Assembly (NCBI GenBank): GCA_002269645.1
Contig: NIVC01001497.1
Coordinates: 124,001-188,000 of the forward strand
DNA: 64,000 nucleotides
Reading direction: 5' to 3'
Source: Macrostomum lignano
Lineage: Eukaryota
The position numbers and the translations under genes were made by a program. Position 1 is the stretch's first letter; each line of letters begins with the position of its first letter. Of this stretch, positions 49,219 to 62,109 are shown piece after piece. The notes below the pieces were generated by a model. The model was not told the origin of the DNA and did no database searches. It was given only the letters and a program-made list of their open reading frames with translations.

Positions 49219-52200
49219 TCAGGTGCCGGTGAACAGTGACACGAGTTTTTTGGGCCTCAGCCTGGCTGTCAGCATCGACATTCGACGACGTACAGGCGCT
49301 GCGGTTGCGGTACCGACAGTGTCGTTGGCTGCCGCGGTCGTTTTTTCTGCCACTCCGACTGAGGTGGATGCGGTGGCGGAAGCGGCGGCTGTAGCGGCAG
49401 TGTCCGCTTCGTGAGCCCGCCTTGTGAGGTCTTCGATCTCCACGAGCATGGCGTCCTGCTCCATGTGCAGGTCATCCCGTTCGATTAGGCAGCGGACGAG
49501 CTCGCTGTTGTGCTCTGCGGGGAAAGCGGTGTGGGGTGGCAGATGGGTTCAGTGTGGGGTGGCCGATGGTCTCAGTGTGGGATGGCCGATGGGTTCAGTG
49601 TGGGGTGGCCGATGGTCTCAGTGTGGGATGGTCGATGAGCTCAGTGTGGGATGGCAGATAGGCTCAGTGTGGGATGGCCGATGGGCTCAGTGTGGGATGG
49701 CCGATGGGCTCAGTGTGGGATGACCGATGGGCTCAGTGTGGCATGACAGATGGGCTCAGTGTGGGGTTGTCGATGGGCTCAGTGTGGGGTGGCCGATGGG
49801 CTCATTGTGGGGTGGCCGATGGGCTCATTGTGGGATGGCCGATGGGCTCAGTGTGGGGTGGCCGATGGGCTCAGTGGGCTCAGTGTGGGATGGTCGATGA
49901 GCTCAGTGTGGGATGGCAGATGGGCTCAGTGTGGGATGGTCGATGAGCTCAGTGTGGGGTTGTCGATGGGCTCAGTGTGGGGTGGCCGATGGGCTCATTG
50001 TGGGGTGGCCGATGGGCTCATTGTGGGATGGCCGATGGGCTCAGTGTGGGGTGGCCGATGGGCTCAGTGGGCTCAGTGTGGGATGGTCGATGAGCTCAGT
50101 GTGGGATGGCAGATGGACTCAGTGTGGGGTGGCCGATGGGCTCAGTGTGGGGTGGTCGATGGGCTCAGTGTGGGGTGGCCGATGGGCTCAGTGTGGGGTG
50201 GCTGATGGGCTCATTGTGGGATGGCCGATGGGCTCAGTGTGGGGTGGCCGATGGGCTCAGTGTGGGGTGGCCGATGGGCTCAGTGTGGGATGGTCGATGA
50301 GCTCCGTGTGGGATGGCAGATGGGCTCAGTGTGGGGTGGCCGATGGGCTCAGTGTGGGGTGGCCGATGGGCTCATTGTGGTGTGGCCGATGGGCTCAGTG
50401 TGGGGTGGCCGATGGGCTCAGTGTGGGGTGGCCGATGGGCCAGAACTCGGCGCTCTCACCCTCAATCCTGGCCAGAAGGCTGTTGTGTGCCAGCTGCAGC
50501 GCGCCGAGGCTCATCATTTCTAGGCAGGAGGCGCCCAAGCGGCGCGACGGCGCCACGCCGAGCATCTCGGCGAGGGCGTCCCGGCAGCGCCGGTCCCTGG
50601 CGTGCCGCTCCACCTCAAGCTGCATTCGGGCCATGGGCTCAGCCTGGGCCAGCGCCACCTGCGCTTCCGCCTGCAGCTCCGCCTGTCGGCGTCGAAGGCA
50701 ACCGGCATCCGACGCAGCGTCCCGACAGCCGGCGTCGCCACCGTTGGCCTGTTCGACGTGCGGCGGCGACGGCGGCGGCGGTGGCTCCAGGCCGAGGCTG
50801 GCGAGGAGCTCCGGCTCTAGAGGACGGCGGCTCGGTCGTAAGGGAGGTGGCGGCGGCGGCGGCGGCTGCAGCGGCGGAGGTGGGGGGGGGCAACGATGAC
50901 CTGCAGTCGGTGAGGCAGTCAGTCTTGCGCAGAGCTTACGTATAAGATATTCTATGGGTTTTTCGGTCGGTATTTCACTTAAATCCCTCGAGCCTTCGAG
51001 CCTTCGGCTCTCGGGATTTAATCACATACCGACCTCAAACCCATAGAATATCTTATTTAAACTATTGATACTTTAATTTTGCGGGATGTATTAGATAAAT
51101 CCCGGAGCCATACTTGTATGTCTATGGTTGAAGTTGCGGATGGGGGTGTGGGGGCGAAGCCCCTGATGGGGGTGTGGGGGCGAAGCCCCCACATTCTTAC
51201 CATAGACAAATTTTCATTAAGAAATTTCTCGAGTCACGAAGGAAGAGAAGAGAGAAGCTCGCATATTTAGATACATACAATAATCCTTGCAATATGTCCG
51301 GGAAAGTGATCGATTAAATCCTGCAAAATAAAATCTATGTCAATAACCTCCCTGAAAGTGAGCTTTAAAGTGGTTTAAAGTATTGTTGTTAAATGAGGGT
51401 GGGAAGCAAGGGGCCCCCAGATCAGCACAAGTAGGGCTCTGCCGCTGGATCTGTCTGTGGGCCATACTGCCAGGGGCATATATAGCCTGAAAGGCCACGC
51501 TTGGGACCAGGACTGGACATACCTGATTGGGGCTACGCTCGTACTAGCTTAAACCTATGGACTAAGACAGGGGGGCCGTAGCCCAGCGGTAGCGCAGCTG
51601 CTCTGGTGTGCCAGCGACTCAGGCTCGATTCCAAGTGCAGTCACATTAATTTGGGGCTGAATTGGAATCTCGGCTTGGCTCTGCTCGTGCAATTAACGGC
51701 CTTGAGAGCCAACCCCCCAAGGCGCAGTGAAGTGTACATGCCTAACGATAATATAAATTTAGGGCCGCTGTACACTCCTGTGTGAGTGTGTGCCTGCGTA
51801 CGTATCCGCGCGCTTGTATGTCTGCTCAGGGGAGTCGGCGGAATGGGCAGTAATGCCTCTCGCCGGTTGTGTGCCTATGTCGCTTAAAGTGCGCCAGGGT
51901 GCACACAACCCCCTGCCTCTAAAAAAAATGGACTAAGACACCGCCAACCCAAAGTGGAATCAGGGACGGTGCTAGGACCGAGTCCACCCAACCCACACTT
52001 TCCACCCAACCCACAGTGCGCGCAAAAAGTTTGGAGTTTAGAAAGCGGTCCGAGAAAGCAGGACTTATTACTGTCAACTAGATGTATAGGTTATAACCTA
52101 CTCTTAATTGAGTAGCTGATGCGCACATTGTTGGAAAAAACTCCAATAAAAAATTGATTAATTTTTCAACCTCCAACTCGCTTTCTATGAATCAGGAGAA

Positions 52201-55200
52201 TTATTGAGCATGCTCAGCGCACGATGGACGCTCAGTCACCGGCACTAATGTATAATTGTGCCTTTTCAAATTTCATCTTAGATTACTATTCTTTTAATTT
52301 AGCATGCGCAACATGTTACTATGGTATATTTTGTTTGGCTGTGAAATTTTCATTTTCGTATATTCCTTGATTAAAAGCAATCAGTGATTTTGATTTAAAA
52401 AATCTGATTTTTCCTATCGTCCAGGAAATAGGCCTCCAAAAAATTACACGATTTTTTAGTTTTAAGTCCTGTTACTGCAGTGATCCTCTTATAATGCACA
52501 AAAATTCGCAATTGCTTTTGATAGCAGGCAGACCCAATTTTCATGTTTTGATATTCGCAAGAGCTTTTTGTTCAGAAAAGAAAATTTCTATGTTAATTTA
52601 TACCTATTTATTATTTTACATTTTAATAAGTATTTATGATGCTTATCTAATTGATTTTGTGACAGAATTATTTGTAACTACAATAATTGAAGCATGCAGA
52701 CAAATGAGACAATATTGACTAGGCTTCTCTCATGAATATGGTCTATAATAGTCTAATATAAAGAAAGCGTAATTGTGTGTACGAAGAACATACAATTAAC
52801 AAAGAACCCTAATTTCCTGCAAATTTGAAGGTAATGTCAAAAGACGAACATTAGTTCTGACTTACTAACAAATTGCAAATTTGTTAAACTAATTGCAAAT
52901 TTTGTGCTGAAAAATCAAAAGCCTCCATTCTCCGAAATGTATTTTCTTGGTAAAATCTGCCTCCTAAAATTTCCAAAGAAACACAGCTTCTACTTGCGTA
53001 TTCCTTGCACCTTCATCGATTGAGAGTTTACAATCGAGGTAGGGGTTGGGACTCAGGCAGCTACTCAAGATTCCATACGAGCTACTCTTATTAAGCGAGG
53101 TGACTCAGGTTGGAACACGCGAATGGCAAAACTGAATGAAAAATAAGTAAGCCGATTTTTTATGGCTTGCGTGCTTGCGCCCCCCCCCCCTGTGAGAGCA
53201 GGAGGGAGGCGAAGTTGTAGGGAAGAAAGCGAAGACCGACGAGATCCCCTTAAGTCAGTCACGAATGAGGTCAAAAATCGATCTCAGCGCCGTCTTGATA
53301 GCCCGACAAGCCATCCGGCTAAAACTGTGTTTCTCGGCTTCTCTCAATAGCTAAGATGCCCCGCTCATTCAGTCATTCACTTCTCTGACACCTAAACCGC
53401 TGAAAGACCGCGGAATGGAGCCCAGGCATCCATTGACGCTGAGCTATAGGTTAATGAAGTCGGCTGACTTGCCTCATCTGATGATGTCGAACCGGAGCCT
53501 GTGGAGGCGACGGTGCCAGCCGTCTCGTCATCATCGCTGGTTGCTGGATCGCTGATGAAGCAGAGCTGCATTGAAGCAGTCAGCTAAAGAAGAGAATTTT
53601 AGCTGCATCAGTTTGGGAAGTGAGAAGCTCAATATTGATTGGCAGATGGGAGGGCTGGGCAAGAATGGGAGAGGGAGAGGGAGAGGCAGTGAGTGAGAGG
53701 GAGAGATAGTGAGGGAGAGATAGTGAAGGAGAGGTAGTGAGGGAGAGATAGTGAAGGAGAGGTAGTGAGGGAGAGGTAGTGAGGGAGAGGTAGTGAAGGA
53801 GAGGTAGTGAGGGAGAGGTAGTGAGGGAGAGGTAGTGAAGGAGAGGTAGTGAGGGAGAGGTAGTGAGGGAGAGGTAGTGAGGGAGAGGTAGTGAGGGAGA
53901 GATAGTGAGGGAGAGATAGTGAGGGAGAGGTAGTGAGGGAGAGGTAGTGAGGGAGAGGTAGTGAAGGAGAGGTAGTGAGGGAGAGGTAGTGAGGGAGAGG
54001 TAGTGAGGGAGAGGTAGTGAGGGAGAGGTAGTGAGGGAGAGGTAGTGAGGGAGAGGTAGTGAGGGAGAGGTAGTGAGGGAGAGGTAGTGAGGGAGAGGTA
54101 GTGAGGGAGAGGTAGTGAGGGAGAGGTAGTGAGGGAGAGGTAGTGAGGGAGAGTTAGTGAGGGAGAGTTAGTGAGGGAGAGGTAGTGAGGGAGAGTTAGT
54201 GAGGGAGAGGTAGTGAAGGAGAGGTAGTGAGGGAGAGGTAGTGAGGGAGAGGTAGTGAGGGAGAGGTAGTGAGGGAGAGATAGTGAGGGAGAGGTAGTGA
54301 GGGAGAGATAGTGAGGGAGAGATAGTGAGGGAGAGGTAGTGAAGGAGAGGTAGTGAGGGAGAGGTAGTGAGGGAGAGGTAGTGAGGGAGAGGTAGTGAGG
54401 GAGAGGTAGTGAGGGAGAGGTAGTGAGGGAGAGGTAGTGAGGGAGAGGTAGTGAGGGAGAGGTAGTGAGGGAGAGGTAGTGAGGGAGAGGTAGTGAAGGA
54501 GAGGTAGTGAGGGAGAGGTAGTGAGGGAGAGGTAGTGAGGGAGAGGTAGTGAGGGAGAGGTAGTGAGGGAGAGGTAGTGAGGGAGAGGTAGTGAGGGAGA
54601 GGTAGTGAGGGAGAGGTAGTGAGGGAGAGGTAGTGAGTGAGAGGTAGTGAGGGCAGCCCAGAAGACACAGAAAGCGGATGTACAAGAGAAAGCAATAGTT
54701 TACAGAAAGGTCACCTCGGTAGCAACGCTCGGTACGAAGCTTCTCGGCGGTCGACGAAACCGCTGCCATTGCTGCTGCTGCTGCTGCTGTTCCTGCTCGT
54801 TGATGCCGCCCAGTGCCTCGTCTTCATCTTCGGAGGCTGCATCATTGCGAAAGCAGAGTTCCATCCCGGCTGAGAAGCCTCCGCCGCTACCGTCACCACC
54901 GCTGCAACTCCAAGCGGTCGTCGACGAACCGAAACTCGCGGCTCCGGCAGCTTCGGCTTCCGACTCGCCGTCAGGCCTCCCTGCCAGATTGTCGTCCTCT
55001 GAGCCGCAGCTGCTCAGCGCCCGAAGCACCCGCTCCCGCTCCGTCTCCGCCTGTCGGCGCGGTCGATGCCGCCTGGGAGGCTGCGGAGTAATGAGGATTT
55101 ATTCAGAGTCGCTTAAATCTCACCTGGGATCAATTACGATTATGGACTGCCGACTCCAGCCTCCTCACCTCACTTGCTATGCATTTTTAGGGACCCTTCT

Positions 55201-58200
55201 CCCCAGCCTCCCCCCGGCTCAAGCGCCATCCTATCCCCATCAGTCTGACCCCTGCCCCTCATCCCGATGACAGACAGTTGTCTGCGAAGCTTCAGTGTAA
55301 TGAGAGGGAATGGTTGGTATCATTAAAACAAAACTTTGTACTGATGCATAGACAGGGAGATCAGGGGGCTTTTAGGATTGTTCATTTAATGATAAAATCC
55401 TGAGTCTCTTTTGCACAGAAATTTCCGAAAGGGCTGTTGTCGAGGGATAGAGATTTGACTAGTTATACATTTTTTTAATTGGATACTGTTTCACTGACTC
55501 ATTAATTAAAGTACTCGTAGCTCAATAGGCCGCTACCTACACATGAAAAGCCGCTACCTGCACATGAGAAGCCGTTATCTACACATGAGAAGCCGCTACC
55601 TACACATGAGAAGCCGCTACCTACACATGAGAAGCCGCTACCTACACATGAGAAGCCGTTATCTACACATGAGAAGCCGCTACCTACACATGAGAAGCCG
55701 CGACCTGCACATGAGAAGCCGCTATCTATACATGAGAAGCCGCTACCTACACATGAGAAGCCGCTACCTGCACATGAGAAGCCGCTACCTACACATGAGA
55801 AGCCGCTATCTACACATGAGAAACCGCTACCTACACATGAGACGCCGCTACCTACACATGAGAAGCCGCTAACTACACATGAGAAACCGCTACCTACACA
55901 TGAGAAATCGCTACCTACACATGAGAAACCGCTACCTACACATGAGACGCCGCTACCTACACATGAGAAGCCGTTATCTACACATGAGAAGCCGTTATCT
56001 ACACATGAGAAGCCGCGCTACCTACACATGAGAAGCCGTTATCTACATATGAGAAGCCGTTATCTACACATGAGAAGCCGCGCTACCTACACATGAGAAG
56101 CCGTTATCTACACATGAGAAGCCGTTATCTACACATGAGAAGCCGTTATCTACCCATGAGAAGCCGTTATCTACACATGAGAAGCCGTTATCTACACATG
56201 AAAAGCCGCGCTACCTACACATGAGAAGCCGTTATCTACACATGAGAAGCCGTTATCTACACATGAGAAGCCGCGCTACCTACACATGAGAAGCCGTTAT
56301 CTACATATGAGAAGCCGTTATCTACACATGAGAAGCCGCGCTACCTACACATGAGAAGCCGTTATCTACACATGAGAAGCCGTTATCTACACATGAGAAG
56401 CCGTTATCTACACATGAGAAGCCGTTATCTACACATGAGAAGCCGTTATCTACACATGAGAAGCCGTTATCTACACATGAAAAGCCGCGCTACCTACACA
56501 TGAGAAGCCGTTATCTACACATGAGAAGCCGTTATCTACACATGAGAAGCCGCGCTACCTACACATGAGAAGCCGTTATCTACATATGAGAAGCCGTTAT
56601 CTACACATGAGAAGCCGCTACCTACACATGAGAAGCCGTTATCTACACATGAGAAGCCGCTACCTACACATGAGAAGCCGCGACCTGCACATGAGAAGCC
56701 GCTATCTATACATGAGAAGCCGCTACCTACACATGAGAAGCCGCTACCTACACATGAGAAGCCGCTACCTGCACATGAGAAGCCGCTACCTACACATGAG
56801 AAGCCGTTATCTACACATGAGAAGCCGTTATCTACACATGAGAAGCCGTTATCTACACATGAGAAGCCGTTATCTACACATGAGAAGCCGTTATCTACAC
56901 ATGAGAAGCCGTTATCTACACATGAGAAGCCGCTTGATCTCAGCTGCAGCAAAGCGGATAAATTTAATTCAAATAATCCATATGAATTTTGACCAAGGAT
57001 TTCAGCGGGAAAAAATCTCTCGAATCTTTTGGGAGGAATTTCGCTTCGCTTCCCTTTTAAATCGCTTCGAGTGCGAAGGCCGTAATGAGGATTCGAGCTC
57101 GCCCGGATCGAGTAGCTAATTTTTTTCTTTCGGCTCGATGAAGACCAAAAAGAGAGAAGCTGGGGGATTTGAGCAGGGAATCTGAGCAGCCCCGGTCGGT
57201 GAGCTGATTAAGCGGGAGAAAAATCCTCACAACAGTGTAAGGGTGGGAAGATCGGATATCGATTGGCCAAGCTACACTGAGTCATTGTGGATTATCTTCT
57301 CACGGAGCTGTCCGCAACCCCTCACCGAGACACTGGAATCCTCACATTTATCTCGGGGTCGCATATCCTTAAGCCTTGTGTCTGTTTCAAATCTTAGTTG
57401 AACTTCCTAAGTGATTGTGTCTACTGCATAAGATACAAACTATACTACTTATAGCGTCAGTTAATGCTAGTAAATGCTAGTTAAAAATCTATTTATTCGA
57501 AAACTAAAAAATTATTTCGTCCCGTTTTAGCTGGTAGCTGTCTACAGCGATTATAATTAGTTCTCTTTGGTGTCACCCTCCATAACAGTCTCCACAACAA
57601 CAGCCTCATCATCCGCAGCTGCAGTCTCACCCCTCAGCAACAACAGCCTCATCATCCGAAGCTGCAGTCTCACCCCTCAGCAACAACAGCCTCATCATCC
57701 GCAGCTGCAGTCTCACCCTCAGCTACAACAGCCTCATCATCCGCAGCTGCAGTCTCACCCCTCAGCAACAACAGCCTCATCATCCGCAGCTGCAGTCTCA
57801 CCCACAGCAACAACAGCCTCCCCATCCGCAGCTGCAGTCTCACCCTCAGCTACAACAGCCTCATCATCCGCAGCTGCAGTCTCACCCCTCAGCAACAACA
57901 GCCTCATCATCCGCAGCTGCAGTCTCACCCCTCAGATACAACAGCCTCATCATCCGCAGCTGCAGTCTCACCCCTCAGCTACAACAGCCTCATCATCCGC
58001 AGCTGCAGTCTCACCCCTCAGATACAACAGCCTCATCATCCGCAGCTGCAGTCTCACCCTCCGCTTTCTCAGCTCCTCAGCCGCGGCAGACTTGGCCAGC
58101 TCAGCCAGTCGCTGCTCCAGAGCCCGCCACTGCGCCCGCTCAGAGTCGGCCGCCTCAGCATCCGCCGCGTCCGCCCCAGGCCAGTCCGTCCCGAACTCTG

Positions 58201-61200
58201 CGGCGAGTCCGGCCTCCCAGCGTCGCTGAGTCCGCAGCTGGCCGAGGCTGTCCTGAGTGTTGGACGAGCGCATCTCGCCGAAGCAGCTGCTCAAGCTGCT
58301 GTTGGTCATGTAGCCCGAGGTTGCTAGGGTAGGTGCAGCCACCGAGCTCGCTTCCTCTTCGTCATTGTTGAACTCCGCATCGTTCGGGTTGCCGCCAGCT
58401 GCCGGCCAGTGGCGCAGCGACTCTTCGGTGCTACGTGTAGAGGCAATGGCGGCGGATGTCAGGGCTATTGGCACCTGATGTCAGGGCTATTGGCACCTGA
58501 TGTCAGGGCTATTGGCACCTGATGTCAGGGCTATTGGCACCTGATGTCAGGGCTATTGGCACCTGATGTCAGGGCTATTGGCACCTGATGTCAGGGCTAT
58601 TGGCACCTGATGTCAGGGCTATTGGCACCTGATGTCAGGGCTATTGGCACCTGATGTCAGGGCTATTGGCAGGGGATGTCAGGGCTATTAGCACCTGATG
58701 TCAGGGCTATTGGCAGGGGATGTCAGGGCTATTAGCACCTGATGTCAGGGCTATTGGCAGGGGATGTCAGGGCTATGGCTATTGATACACAGGAACACAG
58801 GTACTAGGGAACCGGAACACAGGTACTAGGGAACCGGAACACAGGTACTAGGGAACCGGAACACAGGTACTAGGGAACCGGAACACAGGTACTAGGGAAC
58901 CGGAACACAGGTACTAGGGAACCGGAACACAGGTACTAGGGAACCGGAACACAGGTACTAGGGAACCGGAACACAGGTACTAGGGAACCGGAACACAGGT
59001 ACTAGGGAACCGGAACACAGGTACTAGGGAACCGGAACACAGGTACTAGGGAACCGGAACACAGGTACTAGGGAACCGGAACACAGGTACTAGGGAACCG
59101 GAACACAGGTACTAGGGAACCGGAACACAGGTACTAGGGAACCGGAACACAGGTACTAGGGAACCGGAACACAGGTACTAGGGAACCGGAACACAGGTAC
59201 TAGGGAACCGGAACACAGGTACTAGGGAACCGGAACACAGGTACTAGGGAACCGGAACACAGGTACTAGGGAACCGGAACACAGGTACTAGGGAACTGGA
59301 ACACAGGTACTAGGGAACCGGAACACAGGTACTAGGGAACCGGAACACAGGTACTAGGGAACTGGAACACAGGTACTAGGGAACCGGAACACAGGTACTT
59401 GGGAACCGGAAAACAGGTACTAGGGAACTGGAACACAGGTACTCCGAACGAAATTAAACAGAAACTACCAAAGATTATGCCAGTCTTTTGTCCCCAAGTT
59501 GACCAGCCGCAAAAAGAAACCAACCAACTGCAACACATCCTGGCTCCTCATCATTTTCTGGCTCCTCATCAGTCTAGTTTGCAGCCATCTGTGTAAACCA
59601 AAGAATTTGCTTTGCTTAAACCAGTTTAGCTTATATATTAAGCAAAGAACCATTTTGATTGACACAGCCATAACAAAACTGACTGATTGACTTCTATTAG
59701 CCCCAGTGACAGACAGGAAGGGTGCTGCAGGTCACAGCGGGTGACAGAGCGGGCAAAAAAGATCGGAAGCTAAAATAAGGTTATTTTTGCAGCAGTGTTT
59801 TCTCCCAGCGGCTTCCGTGCACTTTCATCTCCCCAGAAATAGCGGGTCTTTTGCCGCTGCGACTCGTTCGCTACCCCCTCAGCCGCAGTGCAAATAAATT
59901 GTCATCTGTCATCTCGTTTCTCATTTCTCATTCCCGATAAGTCCGCTTTGCTTTTTATTGAATTATTGAAATCCTTCTTGAAGTGGAGTGCACGCGGCGG
60001 TGCACCACCCTTGTTATTCTTGGTGTTTTTGCCGACTGTCTGACTGTCCCGCTGCCTCTCCCTTCTCTCCCGCTGCCTCTCCCTTCTCTCCCGCTGCCTC
60101 TCCCTTCTATCCAGCTGCCTCTCCCTTCTCTCCCGCTGCCTCTCCCTTCTCTCCCGCTGCCTCTCCCTTCTATCCAGCTGCCTCTCTCTTCTCTCCAGCT
60201 GCCTCTCCCTTCTCTCTCGCTGCCTCTCCCTTCTCTCCCGCTGCCTCTCCCTTCTCTCCCGCTGCCTCTCCCTTCTATCCAGCTGCCTCTCCCTTCTCTC
60301 CCGCTGCCTCTCCCTTCTCTCCAGCTGCCTCTCCCTTCTCTCTCGCTGCCTCTCCCTTCTCTCTCGCTGCCTCTCCCTTCTCTCTCGCTGCCTCTCCCTT
60401 CTCTCCCGCTGCCTCTCCCTTCTCTCCCGCTGCCTCTCCCTTCTCTCCAGCTGCCTCTCCCTTCTCTCTCGCTGCCTCTCCCTTCTCTCTCGCTGCCTCT
60501 CCCTTCTCTCCCGCTGCCTCTCCCTTCTCTCCCGCTGCCTCTCCCTTCTCTCCAGCTGCCTCTCCCTTCTCTCTCGCTGCCTCTCCCTTCTCTCCCACTG
60601 CCTCTCCCTTCTCTCCCGCTGCCTCTCCCTTCTCTCCCGCTGCCTCTCCCTTCTCTCCCACTGCCTCTCCCTTCTCTCTCGCTGCCTCTCCCTTCTCTCC
60701 CGCTGCCTCTCCCTTCTCTCCCGCTGCCTCTCCCTTCTATCCAGCTGCCTCTCCCTTCTCTCCCGCTGCCTCTCCCTTCTCTCCAGCTGCCTCTCCCTTC
60801 TCTCTCGCTGCCTCTCCCTTCTCTCTCGCTGCCTCTCCCTTCTCTCTCGCTGCCTCTCCCTTCTCTCCCGCTGCCTCTCCCTTCTCTCCCGCTGCCTCTC
60901 CCTTCTCTCCAGCTGCCTCTCCCTTCTCTCTCGCTGCCTCTCCCTTCTCTCCCACTGCCTCTCCCTTCTCTCCCGCTGCCTCTCCCTTCTCTCCCGCTGC
61001 CTCTCCCTTCTCTCCCACTGCCTCTCCCTTCTCTCCCTTCTCTCTCGCTGCCTCTCCCTTCTCTCCCGCTGCCTCTCCCTTCTCTCCCGCTGCCTCTCCC
61101 TTCTCTCCCGCTGCCTCTCCCTTCTCTCCCACTGCCTCTCCCTTCTCTCCCTTCTCTCTCGCTGCCTCTCCCTTCTCTCCCGCTGCCTCTCCCTTCTCTC

Positions 61201-62109
61201 CCGCTGCCTCTCCCTTCTCTCCCGCTGCCTCTCCCTTCTCTCCCTTCTCTCCCGCTGCCTCTCCCTTCTCTCTCGCTGCCTCTCCCTTCTCTCCCGCTGC
61301 CTCTCCATTCTCTCCAGCTGCCTCTCCCTTCTCTCTCGCTGCCTCTCCCTTCTCTCCCGCTGCCTCTCCCTTCTCTCCCGCTGCCTCTCCCTTCTCTCCC
61401 GCTGCCTCTCCCTTCTCTCCCTTCTCTCCCGCTGCCTCTCCCTTCTCCCCCGCTGCCTCTCCCTTCTCTCCCGCTGCCTCTCCCTTCTCTCCCTTCTCTC
61501 CCGCTGCCTCTCCCTTCTCTCCCTTCTCTCCCGCTGCCTCTCCCTTCTCTCCAGCTGCCTCTCCCTTCTCTCTCGCTGCCTCTCCCTTCTCTCCCGCTGC
61601 CTCTCCCTTCTCTCCCTTCTCTCCCGCTGCCTCTCCCTTCTCTCCCTTCTCTCCCGCTGCCTCTCCCTTCTCTCCCGCTGCCTCTCCCTTCTCTCCCTTC
61701 TCTCCCGCTGCCTCTCCCTTCTCTCCCTTCTCTCTCGCTGCCTCTCCCTTCTCTCCAGCTGCCTCTCCCTTCTCTCTCGCTGCCTCTCCCTTCTCTCCAG
61801 CTGCCTCTCCCTTCTCTCCCGCTGCCTCTCCCTTCTCTCCCGCTGCCTCTCCCTTCTCTCCAGCTGCCTCTCCCTTCTCTCTAGTTGCCTCTCTCATTTC
61901 CTATTGCCCTATTTCCCCCACGTATTACATCTATCCTATCTATCCATCTATCCCATGTCTCACCCGGCAGCATCCGCGTGTTGCCGCATGCAGGATCCGG
62001 GATCTCCGCAGCCCGTCGCCGACTCCTGTAGCCTCATCTGGCGAGTTTCGCTCACAAGCATGTTGATGAAGTTGGCTGCAGATTTAGCAGCCGCACTGTC
62101 AGTCAGTCC
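49219..62109 (-). CDS. SCHIP1: SCHIP1-like protein, 5' end incomplete; exons 62109-61964, 58430-58058, 55080-54715, 53583-53473, 50865-50460, 49514-49219
   Basis: WRALEQRLA; ERERVLRALSS; GMELCFRND; LQAEAQVALAQAEPMARMQLEVE; ELVRCLIERDDLHMEQDAMLVEIEDLTR, matching the SCHIP-1 [20 protein letters not shown] motif from memory. Phases 2, 0, 0, 0, 1 fit. One donor is GC, and the 50865 acceptor is the in-phase choice over 50900. Confidence 0.85.
49530..50440. repeat. ~23 bp minisatellite (gatgggctcagtgtggggtggcc) in the last SCHIP1 intron
   Basis: Fills the intron between 50459 and 49515. Confidence 0.93.
50942..51057. mobile_element. 116 bp palindromic MITE-like element with a UUCG-capped hairpin
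   Basis: 20 bp perfect terminal IR ataagatattctatgggttt; inner IRs ggtcggtat/ataccgacc and gagccttcggctc. Confidence 0.7.
51076..51329. other. Nested inverted-repeat element with two GGGGCGAAGCCCC hairpins
   Basis: IRs attttgcgggat/atcctgcaaaat and tgtctatggt/accatagaca enclose a short direct duplication. Confidence 0.55.
51570..51927 (+). mobile_element. Full-length tRNA-derived SINE (~358 bp)
   Basis: A-box tagcccagcgg, B-box ggctcgattcc, A-tail, and 13 bp TSD atggactaagaca at 51557-51569 and 51928-51940. Confidence 0.9.
53690..54652. repeat. 15 bp minisatellite (gagaggtagtgaggg) in a SCHIP1 intron
   Basis: ~60 copies. Confidence 0.95.
55532..56932. repeat. 21 bp minisatellite (cacatgagaagccgctaccta) in a SCHIP1 intron
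   Basis: ~65 copies, with 23 bp variants. Confidence 0.95.
57570..58057. repeat. 42/43 bp minisatellite beginning at a SCHIP1 5' splice site
   Basis: The minus-strand unit starts gtgagactgcagctgcggatgatgaggctg; ~11 copies. Confidence 0.9.
58457..58775. repeat. 22 bp minisatellite (tgtcagggctattggcacctga)
   Basis: ~14 copies abutting the 58431 acceptor region. Confidence 0.93.
58790..59445. repeat. 22 bp minisatellite (ggaacacaggtactagggaacc)
   Basis: ~29 near-perfect copies. Confidence 0.95.
60048..61882. repeat. 21 bp pyrimidine-rich satellite (gctgcctctcccttctctccc)
   Basis: ~85 copies in a SCHIP1 intron. Confidence 0.96.

Noticed and set aside
51570-51645. Functional tRNA gene
   Set aside because: No proper cloverleaf or acceptor stem. 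It continues into a repeat body with an A-tail and TSD, so it is a SINE head.
49530-61882. Consistent purine/pyrimidine strand bias of intronic satellites relative to transcription
   Set aside because: Arrays within the same SCHIP1 gene point both ways (53690 versus 60048).
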